NCBI RefSeq assembly: GCF_009914755.1
Contig: NC_060936.1
Length of the DNA: 64,000 nt
Source: the human T2T-CHM13v2.0 reference genome, Homo sapiens
Reading direction: 5' to 3' (one strand)
The stretch's first letter is position 1, and each line of letters opens with the position of its first letter. The notes beneath the pieces were generated by a model. The model was not told where the DNA came from. It saw only the letters and a program-made list of their open reading frames with translations, and searched no databases. Position numbers and translations under genes: made by a program. Shown here in pieces: positions 53,491 through 64,000 of the stretch.

Positions 53491-54237
53491 TAGGTAAACA
53501 GCAGGATTTCATTTTTGTTTGTTTGTTTTGTTTAGGCCAAGATTTTTAATACACCAGTGACAATACAGAGATACTGACACGATAGGCAAATGGGAGAGTA
53601 CGGAGTTTGGTCGTAGCCCTGTTCCTGGGATTCTAAAGCAGTTTCCTGATCCATGTCAGTGGGTCTCCTGGGGTCACGCACAAGTCTCTTTTAGGGCCAG
53701 GCTGCTCCTGTTAGCAGTAAAAAAAAAAAAAAAAAAAAGTAATAAAAGGTAACATGTCAGCAATTCCTTAAATATATTTTATTTGAAGCCAGTTAAGAGA
53801 GCTGGTGGAATTCATAATAAGTTCTGCCCTTTAGGATAGTTATTTCTGAGAAGAGAAGAAGGAAGTTGAGAATTAAACATATTCCAAGTAGATATCCTTC
53901 AAAGAGGTTAGGGAATGCAGGAAAAAAAATACAAGACTGTCTCATAAGCAAAGAATTGTTATTCAAAATTTATAAAAATAGAAGACAGGAAGAGTGTATA
54001 CCCTACTATTCAGATAAAACAAACTCAACAAAGATTGTTGCAAATATGGCAAAACCCCAGCTCACTGCAATTTTTGCTTTTTCTTGTGTCCTAGAACTTC
54101 TTTTATGCCAATGATAGTAAGAATGGTTCTGCATTAGTTCCTCCCCTGAGCTGTTTGCTTGTCATTGGGAACTCTCAGCCACAGTTCACATCTCATCCTT
54201 AACTAGGACCCTCCTTTTTCCTTTGCTTCATTTAGCA

Positions 54238-54551
54238 CAGGGGGTGGCAAACTATGGCCCATTGGCCCGACCACAGTCTGTGGGATAAGAATGGTATTTA
54301 TATTTTTGAATGGTTCAAATAGTTTAAAAAAGAATAACATTTTGTGACACAAAAATTATATGAAGCTAACATTTCAGAGTCTATAAATAAAGTTTTATTT
54401 GAACACAGCCTTGCCTGTTCATTTACACATTGTCTATGGCTGTCTTCACACTCCAGTGACAAAGTTAAATAGTTGCAACATAACCTGCAAGGCCTGAAAA
54501 GCCTAAAATAGTTATTATTGGCACTTTACAGAGAAAGTTTGCCAACCTCGG
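54238..54551. mobile_element. MER58B (hAT-Charlie)
   Basis: TIRs CAGGGGGTGGCAAACT / AGTTTGCCAACCTC; AAATAAAGTTTTATTTGAACACAGCC core. Confidence 0.82.
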
Positions 54552-54818
54552 ATCTAGTATGATGTGACATCTTAGTTTTGGAATTCAGAAGTTGAATTCT
54601 GGAATTTGAGAGCTGAAAGACTATTTAGAATGCCTCTTGTCAACATCCCTGACACATACCTGGCTAAAGTCAGCAGTCTTATTTTTTGTACAGCTGTTCT
54701 ATTCTTAGAAATATTTACTTAAAAGGGAATCCTCTGATGTTCATTTATTTGTCCTAGTTTTACTCTCAGCATGGCCAGGGGTTGGCAAATAATAGGTGCT
54801 TTAAACTATTTAATTATT

Positions 54819-55115
54819 TGCCGAGCACAGTGGCTCACACCTGTAGTCCCAGCACTTTGAGAGGCCAAGGTGGGAGAATTGCTTAAGGCCAGGAGTTCAA
54901 GACTAGCCTGGGCAACACAGGGAGACCCCATCTCTACAAGAAATAAAAAAATTAGCCAGGTGTGGTGGTGCTTGCCTGTAGTCCTAGCTACTTGAGAGGC
55001 AAAGGTAGGAGGATCGCTGAAACCCAGGAGGTCAAGGCTGCAGTGAGCTGTGATTGTACTACTGTACTCCAGCCTGGGTGACAAAGCAAGACCCTGTCTC
55101 AAAAAACTAAAAAAA
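54819..55115 (+). mobile_element. AluJ
   Basis: GGAGGTCAAGGCTGCAGTGAGCTGTGATT...GACCCTGTCTC. Confidence 0.92.
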
Positions 55116-55116
55116 G

Positions 55117-55473
<357 letters not shown>

Positions 55474-55871
55474 TTAGTCTAAGAACTTTCCAAGTAACGC
55501 ACAGAAGACTATGAGGTAGAAGAACATTTTACAGGGAAGGATGCTGAGTCACAGAGAGGTTAATTAAATTTTCCAAGCACACGCATCTTGCAAGAGGCAG
55601 AGCTGTGAGTAAAACTCAGTCTGGCTCTGGAGTCCAGGTTCTCTGCTGCTCTATTTACCAAAGAGTTAACGAATCAACATTTGATTGTTGCATTGTATGT
55701 GTCAGTTTTTCAAATATGTGGAGATGCCTACCAAATTCCTAAAAAAAGGATTTACAGTTCCTCCAAAAGCTCAAGCCATATAATGCTGCAATATGAGAAG
55801 CAAAGGAGAATAGTCTCGCTACACTTTCTGTTTTCTCTAATTGTTCTCATTTCTACGTACCCCCAGGATAG

Positions 55872-57315
55872 TGTGTCTGGAATTGGTGGGTTCTTGGTCT
55901 CACTGACTTCAAGAATGAAGCCGCGGACCCTCGCGGTGAGTGTTACAGCTCTTAAGGTGGCGCGTCTGGAGTTTGTTCCTTCTGATGTTGGGATGTGTTC
56001 GGAGTTTCTTCCTTCTGGTAGGTTCGTGGTCTTGCTGGCTCAGGAGTGAAGCTGCGGACCTGCACAGTGAGTGTTACAGCTCGTAAAGGCAGTGTGGACT
56101 CAAAGAGCGAGCAGCAGAAGGATTTATTGCAAAGATCGAAAGAACAAAGCTTCCACAACGTGGAAGGGGCCCCAAACAGGTTGCCACTGTTGGCTCCGGC
56201 AGCCTGCTTTTATTCTCTTATCTGGCCCCACCCATATCCTGCTGATTGGTAGAGCTGAGTGGTCTGTTTTGACAGGGTGCTGATTGGTGCGTTTACAATC
56301 CCTGAGCTACACACAAAGGTTCTCCACATCTCCACTAGATTAGTTAGATACAGAGTGTCAACACAAAGGTTCTCCAAGTCCCCACCAGAGTAGCTAGATA
56401 CAGTGTCGATTGGTGCATTCACAAACCCTGAGCTAGACACAGGGTGCTGATTGGTGTGTTTACAAACCTTGAGCTAGATACAGAGTGCCAATTGGTGTAT
56501 TTACAATCCCTGAACTAGACATAAAGGTTCTCCAAGGCCCCACCAGAGTAGCTAGATACAGAGTGTCCATTGGTGCATTCACAAACCCTGAGCTAGACAT
56601 AGGGTGCTGATTGGTGTATTTACAATCCCTGAGCTGGACATAAGGGTTCTCCACGTCCCCACCAGACTCAGGAGCCCAGCTGGCTTCACCCAGTGGATCC
56701 CGCACAGGGGCTGCAGGTGGAGCTGCCTGCCAGTCCCGCGCCGTGCGCCCGCACTCCTCAGCCCTTGGGTGGTTGATGGTACTGGGCGCCGTGGAGCAGG
56801 GGGCGTTGCTCATCGGGGAGGCTTGGGCCGCACAGGAGCCCACGGAGGGGGTGGGAGGCTCAGGCATGGCGGGCTGCAGGTCCCGAGCCCTGCCCCGCGG
56901 GAAGGCAGCTAAGGCCCAGTGAGAAATCGAGCGCAGCGCCGGTGGGCTAGCACTGCTGGGGGACCCAGTACACCCTCCGCAGCCGCTGGCCCGGGTGCTA
57001 AGCCCCTCATTGCCCGGGGCCGGCAGGGCCGGCCGGCTGCTCCGAGTGCGGGGCCGCGAAGCCCCCGCCCACCCGGAACTCCAGCTGGCCCGCAAGCGCT
57101 GCGCGCAGCCCCAGTTCTAGCTCGCACCTCTCCCTCCACACCTCCCTGCAAGCTGAGGGAGCCGGCTCTGGCCTTGGCCAGCCCAGAAAGGAGCTCCCAC
57201 AGTGCAGCGGTGGGCTGAAAGGCTCCTCAAGTGCCGCCAAAGTGGGAGCCCAGGCAGAGGAGGCGCCGAGAGCGAGCCAGGGCTGTGAGGACTGCCAGCA
57301 CGCTGTCACCTGTCA
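55872..57315 (-). mobile_element. Solo LTR12C (ERV9 LTR)
   Basis: Ends TGTGTCTGGAATTGGTGG and CTGCCAGCACGCTGTCACCTGTCA; 4-bp TSD ATAG (55868-55871 / 57316-57319); tandem CCAAT/GATA-containing U3 subrepeats; CpG-rich 56700-57310. Confidence 0.95.
56208..56620 (-). promoter_or_regulatory. LTR12 U3 enhancer/promoter: about seven CCAAT (NF-Y) boxes, GATA motifs and an AATAAAA TATA-like box
   Basis: ATTGG on + at ~56245, 56283, 56410, 56450, 56491, 56569, 56610; AGATA repeats; TTTTATT at 56208-56214. Function known for the ERV9 LTR family, not shown for this copy. Confidence 0.65.
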
Positions 57316-57532
57316 ATAGTAAGTGGTTTGAAAACCATTTAGTATAAAGAAAGGTAGAAGAATCTAGGAATATTTAACCTGGAGAAGACAACTCTTGTTA
57401 GGAAAATGGCTGGAGCAATTCTAGGCTTTCCATGATATTCATAAAATCCAGAGCAAAAAAGAGCATTTCCCCAGTGCCTACCTCTTAAGAACAAAGAAAC
57501 TTATTTCCTCAAAATTTCCGGGAAAGTTTTGG

Positions 57533-57920
57533 TGTTAGTCAGGGTCTTTCAAGAAGCAGATGTTAAGATGGACTGATATGTGCTCGGATTTTACTAGGGA
57601 AAATGAATGTGTAAATGGAAATAGGCAGGGAGCTGGGAAGGCTGCAAGAGCGTCAGGCACTGATGGAAATTTGACTTCAATTAAAGGGAGAGAAAGGCCG
57701 AATGGAAGTGCCTTATACTGTGCAGTCGAAGCAAATCTTAGGGGAATCCTTCACCCCAAATCAGCTGACAAAGGAGTTGTGTCTCCCAGAAATTAGTCTG
57801 TCTTAGTATTCCTTAGGATTCACAAACTTGGGGATGGATTCCAAAGTGCAGCAGCTGGGGCCCTTGGTCAATTATGCTGCCATAGAAGGAGGTGTTCTGG
57901 GTGCATTCTCGTGACTGCTA
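57533..57920 (-). mobile_element. Old ERVL-class LTR
   Basis: TGTTAGTCAGGGTCTTTCAAGAAGCAGATGTTAAGATGG...GATTTTACTAGGGAAAATG; subfamily uncertain. Confidence 0.55.
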
Positions 57921-59456
57921 CTTCCCTCCTCACGTATCATTGGTCTATTATTAAATCAGTCCTTGTCTCAGGGGATTAATGACCTCATTGGCTGAGGCCT
58001 GAATTCTTGAGCCAATCACCCTGGCAAGGGGGCTGGAATTTCCCATAGGCCCATTAAGTCTACTGTCTGGGCCAGTTCCCCTGAAGCATGTGGGTTGTGG
58101 GGAGGAGGGACTGATGTCTAAATAAAAAATCTGGATATCTTTAGGAAGGGAAAAGGGAAGTCTCATCTATGATACTGAAATTTGAATCCCTATCTATCTG
58201 AGGGCAAAGTCTGTGTTTATTTATCTGCAACACGACACCTCTTAAAATTTATGGTGGCTACAGCTTTTAAAAGTTGTGGTTTTGGGAGCAGGAGGATGGG
58301 GTCAAATTCTAAGCCACTGAAAATCATCCTGTTATCTATGCCATATGTGTTGTCAAGCCTGGTTTTAAAGGCTTCATAAATTGTCGATGAGCTGGCATGT
58401 GCAGTAGAAATATAACCATTATAATAGCTAATAATTTTAGAGCAATAATGATGCGTCTGATACTGTATTTTATATCCATTCTCACACTTACTGCCCATGG
58501 TACCTATTAGATAAGCATCCTTACTAGTTGCAGTTTATCTAGGAGGACACTGAAGTCTTAGGGGGTTAAGGAACTTCCCTGAGAACACAGTTAAGAAGGT
58601 AACTGGCTGATTGTCTGATTGCAAAGTTGTAACAGCTCCTGTCCCTCCTCACAATTCTTACTCTATTGCTTCTCCAGCTTGTTTCAACAATGCTTTTAAA
58701 CAATAAGTTTGCTTTTCAGGAGCCATCCTCTTCCAGGTGAGAGTGGGAGAGCTTTATGTTCTCTCAGGCACTGTATTAGTGGCACTCTACCAACATGGGC
58801 TTGCGATGGCCATTGAAGGCTCTTAAGACTGGCACAATGCCAACGGGAAGGGCAGGTTGCCCTCAATGTCCAGGAATTGTAGGTAGCCGAATACAGTGCA
58901 GTGCTTTGGAATTACAGCACTTGGCTGACCTTGTAAAGGGAACTGTTTTCCTTATCCATTTTGGTTGCTTAGCTATGTGTTAGTACACACCAAGATCATG
59001 TGGAGCTGGCACTTCAGGAACCAAAAGAAAGACAGACAAGGACCAAAATAACAAGGGCCATGCAGAGAATTCCACTGGTCATCTCAGTGACAACTCATAT
59101 GATTACAGTAATCTTTACTGTGGGTGTGCCCTGCTTTAGGGAACATATGTTAACAACAGACAAATGAAGGAGTGATTATTCACTTTAAAAAGGCATAATG
59201 AATTTACAGAAGGATTCACTGGAAGAGTCTTTTAAATATCAATGAAATGCAAGTAAAATGCAATTTATTATACACAATATCATGTAATATGTTTTCAAGA
59301 GTACAGTCATTGGGTTAAGGGCTGTTTACATAATTATATTTTGAAGAAATATAATTCAGATAGCTTCCACAAGATCAAATTTCAATATATTTTCATATGT
59401 CTATACATCAAGATATATTCATTAGGGCCCTACTATGTGCAAGGCACTATAATATA

Positions 59457-59535
59457 TTGACTCAGTAGGTCTAGGGTGGGTCCCAGATTCTGCCTTCCTA
59501 ACAAGTCCCCAGACCACACTTTGAGTAGCGAGGGC
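59457..59535. mobile_element. MER5-like fragment
   Basis: TGACTCAGTAGGTCTAGGGTGGGTCCCAG...TAACAAG...GACCACACTTTGAGTAGC. Confidence 0.6.
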
Positions 59536-60942
59536 TTCTAGAGATTCAGGCCCTCAGCTTCCACGGCTACTGATGGTCACTGGGTGTTGTAGTCTGTGCA
59601 GCTGGAGTGAATCCCTATTACCGTAATTGTTCCAGTCTCTAAGACCTGAGTGAGAGCACCTGGTTGGCAGCACAGGCAACACACCTGCACTTTATTCCTT
59701 GGAGAGTAGAAGCTTGCTATCTGCTCTCTTCCACTTCTGTAGTGGAAGGTAGGCCCTGCTTCCCACCATGACTCACAATAGAAAAAATCCCTAAACAAGT
59801 GCAGATGCTGAGCACCTAAAAAGATGATAAATGTCCACTGTATGAACTATGCGAATTTATAAGTAAAAACTTCATTTAGTTATGTAGCTCACCTTTGCAT
59901 GATCCATTGTGCAGATGTGGAAGTCCCAGGAGCCTGGTCAGCCACATGATTCTAGCCTTGGACTCTTCCCCCTCCAATCTCAAATGGAAGAAATGGCTCT
60001 CCTTTGTCACATGCCCTTTCTTATCTGGCATGCAAAATGCTCCACATTCCAATTTTCATTTGCTTTATTTGTTTTCCATTTAACTGCAGTTTTTTCTTGT
60101 GTCAGGAAGTTTTTTCTCTGGATTTAGTTTGTGAGAGATGATGAACTCCCCAGGTATTTAGTTCATCCACATGTTAGGATTTACATGGCAAGTTCTCCAA
60201 TATTAAAAAATAAAGGTAAATCTTATGCTGCAGTTAAGAAGAATGAGAAATGTCAAAGTTTACAACTGTTTGTTCCCCTTTTAGGTTCACTATCCCCATC
60301 TAAACTGTAAGCTGACTTTTATTAAAATGTAACATTTACCTTCCCAAAGTGAATTTGTCTTCCTATAATAAGAATAGGAAAATATCACAATTTACTGCAA
60401 AAAAATAGCAAATACAGAAAAAACCTAAGTAATTTTTAATAAAAACCATAATTTTAAAATAATGCCTTTCTTAAATATACAATACTCTAACAGAGGCCAA
60501 AAAATTGGCATGAGAATTCAAATAAAATCTAATATCCTATGAGAAGAAGATATTGGACAAAGATGCTTGTCAAAACACTGCAATATAGACTTTGATTTCC
60601 ACATATGGTTATTCATTACCAGTCACTGAAGGGCAGGAATCATAAACAGACATTTCTTGCCTGGAAAGTGAAGACAGTAGGTTTAGATTTTGTTAAGTTA
60701 GACAGAAAAAAGGGTACTCAGGACTATCAGTCACTTGGTTGAATTTCTCCACTTTTTAATCAGGTGTAGATATAGCCCATCAATAAAAGGGTCCAACTGC
60801 TGGAGTGGACATGAATTGTGGGAGGCTGGATACACTGTCCTAGATGAGGCATGATGCCACAGGGTAGGCAGAGAAGCCTTTCTGTCTTTTCTTTTCTTCC
60901 CTAGACAAACAGGAAATGTTTAGCTCACCTAATTTAAAACTA

Positions 60943-61344
<402 letters not shown>

Positions 61345-63229
61345 AATTTTAGTTCTGACATCCTTTCTTCATCTGAAAAGGAGAGGGTCAGAGTAAATGA
61401 TTATAATGATTTTTCCTCTAAGATTGTGTGAGTCTAATGACTAAAATGATTTATATCTACAATGTACTCTGTTATGAGAGATACAGGATTAGGACGGGAC
61501 TTGAACTGGAGATGGAAAACTTTAAGATGTCAGAAATACTTGGAGAAACATGGGAAATATGGGAAGATAGGTAGGTAATAAGAGGAACCTTAGTCAAAAA
61601 TATCCTCTTATTGCTTCTCCCATTCCTTGGGGCTGTGGAATGAGGGACATATTTTGCCACAATCATTAGCTGATTCAATGTTGTTTGCAGCTCTAATATC
61701 TGTTTCTTGAGAAGCTTTCTTCTGAATGAGACAGTCACAGCAGCAACTCGCCACAAGGAGAAATGATTTTCTGGTTATTGGTGGAGGTAGCCAAAGCACC
61801 ATCACGCCACGGGCAAGATAAAATCAAGTCTAAGATTGCAGATTCTCCATCCTTGATTTTTAAGATTCTCCTCTTAAATAAAGGACATGCAATCACCATA
61901 CATGGACCTATGAAATGTGATTCAGAACCAGGGAAGATGTAAGAATCAGGAACTAAACATTAGCCACTGCCGTGAAGCATCTAAATGAAGGTGTCTGCTT
62001 TCTGGTTTTCTACGTCATATTTTTCAATGTGTTGAAAAAAGAAAAAGGGGAGTCTGGCTTTCAAGAAAATAATAGTCTTAAAATTCTCTGCTAGGTGAGA
62101 GTTACATGGATCTGGATGGATTTACCTATTGTTTTTCTTTTGTGGCTTGAACCATCCAGTATAGCAAGCAGAAAGGAATTTTATTATTCTGCTTTGACAC
62201 TGGAAACAGTAGCTCAGCACAACACTTCCTACAGGCCCTCAGTGTGTCCAAGTCTTTCGTATACATTATTTAGCACTCACAAAAGCTCTGTGAGATTGGT
62301 GAAATGGCCCCCATTTTGATGTGAATATATTATAGCAACTCTGAGATGTATGTCAAGGTTCCCTAGGGATCCCACTCAGGTCTCCTCACTTCAAGTCAGA
62401 TATATTTTGAGCCACTACTCAGCTTCTGGACTCATCTGGAAAGAGGCATGGCTGTGAAAAGAGAATGGACTTGGCTCAAGAGCAAGTCAAGAAACCAACC
62501 AGGTAAAGACTGAAAACATTGAGGCTAGCCCAGCCTCAAGACATCAGTGTATATTGGGACCATTAATTGTACAGCGTCTGCTGGGACAATGATGTGCACA
62601 TCACAGCCTAGTGGGTTGAATAAATGAGTGAATGATACATGTATTTGCCTCTCTCTCTGGAAGGCAGAGTAAATATATGGAAGTTTGTCCAAAAGAATGA
62701 ATATTTCTAAACATAAATTGAAATGCTAATTTCGAATAGATCCCTTTGCCTTCCTTTCTGAAAATGAATTTTGATCTAACTAATTAGATTGTTCCTATAA
62801 CTTAGGTAAATTTTTCAACCTTATTTCAAGTGTTAACTTTTGAGGACTGGAATATAATGATGAGTGACCACATGCCCTGATAAATCTTGAGCTTACCAGC
62901 ATAAAAAGGAAACTGCATAAGCTTGTGTAATTTATCAGAATTACCAAAAGAAAACTGGCACGCAAACCAACAATTTTCCATTAGCTTGAATTGTTTGCTA
63001 GATAGGAAAGTCAGTTAAGAACAAATCTTCATATTCTAATAAAGATTTTACTTCACATAGGTAGCTTTACATGTTATCAAGGAATGGCACTCCCTTTTTA
63101 ATAGATTAAAGGCATCAAACAAAGGGTTTACAATTGAACAGATCCAGTGCTATCAGAATTTGCTTTCTCAAGTGTAAAATATTTCAGACCATAGATAAGA
63201 GTCAGGGTAAAGATAAAAGTAGTATCTAC

Positions 63230-63780
63230 AAATAGGTTAAAAAATTAAAAACTTGAAGGAAGTAAAGACCCAAAAAACTTTTAATTATAAATTATTGAAA
63301 ACAAACACCAACCATGAAGGAATAAGGTTAAAAAAGTATGGCATATCAATTCAGTGGATATATGATATTATGAATTATGATGCTGATGTCTCTCTATTTT
63401 TATACATGTTTCCATGTCATTCAATTTATGCATCATACTCTTATCTAGAAGAGAAAGAAGGACTTAATGAGAATCACAGATGCAGAGCTACATGTATTCG
63501 CATAGAAAAATGTCCAAAAGTATTGTTGACTAGAAAGGCCAAGTTGAGGACATTATGTCCAATCGCATTTACATGTACATGTTCATAGAAAGAAGTCCCA
63601 AAGGCAAAATGTAAATCTTATCTTCAGGACAAGATTTTGTCTTCAGCAAAATATAAATAAATGGTGGCTGTCTTCAGAGAAGGGGAGTTCAAGTGATTTC
63701 TACTGTCTTCTTTGTGCTTTTCTGCACTATTTGAATTTTTATATGAAGCATATATCACATTTTGGAAGAAAGAAAGCTAG
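63230..63780 (+). mobile_element. Old L1ME-like 3' fragment
   Basis: AATAAGGTTAAAAAAGTATGGCATATC; TTTGTGCTTTTCTGCACTATTTGAATTTTTATATGAAGCATATATCAC. Confidence 0.5.
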
Positions 63781-64000
63781 ACGGCATTAAAAAAAAAAAA
63801 AGCAGAGTAATAATCATTAGCAGTAGTGGCAGCAGTTGGTTTGAAAAAGTAAAAACCTTTCTCAACAGAATAACAGATTTGTAAAGGCACTTCAATTTGG
63901 TGGCCTTGTGTTAAATTATTTTTTCTACCACTTGAATGGTGTGTATAAATATAGGCTCTGAATGGAATTCCACCAAGATATTAAGATAAAAAGCAGAATA

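Noticed and set aside
56240-56660. Repeat-spacer-like array resembling CRISPR
   Set aside because: These are the known tandem U3 subrepeats of LTR12; no unique spacers, eukaryotic context, no cas genes.
56460-57309. Long GC-rich ORFs (211 aa etc.) and a CpG-island gene promoter
   Set aside because: Entirely inside LTR12C; open frames reflect GC content.
60880-60905. Polypyrimidine tract + AG as a splice acceptor
   Set aside because: No supporting exon, donor or ORF; such motifs are common by chance.

Overview
Primate (very probably human) non-coding DNA, identified by Alu S/Y/J, THE1, MADE1 and LTR12 elements. I find no intact protein-coding gene, RNA gene or CRISPR array. The supplied ORFs come from repeats or chance. 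The first ~3 kb is repeat-free and AT-rich with poly(A) signals, possibly the 3' end of an unidentified upstream + strand gene. The rest is a layered retroelement landscape. Main items: (1) an ancient HMGB3 processed pseudogene (39217-41927) inside an old L1, itself split by two MaLR LTRs and a third insert; (2) an ERV1 (LTR9/HUERS-P3-like) sequence with R-U5-PBS-internal-partial U3-R-A-tail structure (50718-52283), i.e. an L1-retrotransposed copy of a viral mRNA rather than a provirus; (3) a complete THE1 element nested in an MLT1 LTR nested in another MLT1 LTR (9771-12749); (4) a CpG-rich solo LTR12C with ATAG target duplication (55872-57315); (5) a MADE1 composite with three terminal repeats and an expanded hairpin; (6) several local templated rearrangements (4213-4409, 27182-27850, 25693-25752). 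I found no evidence of a wholly new biological system. Repeat subfamily names are from recalled consensus sequences and need RepeatMasker/Dfam confirmation.
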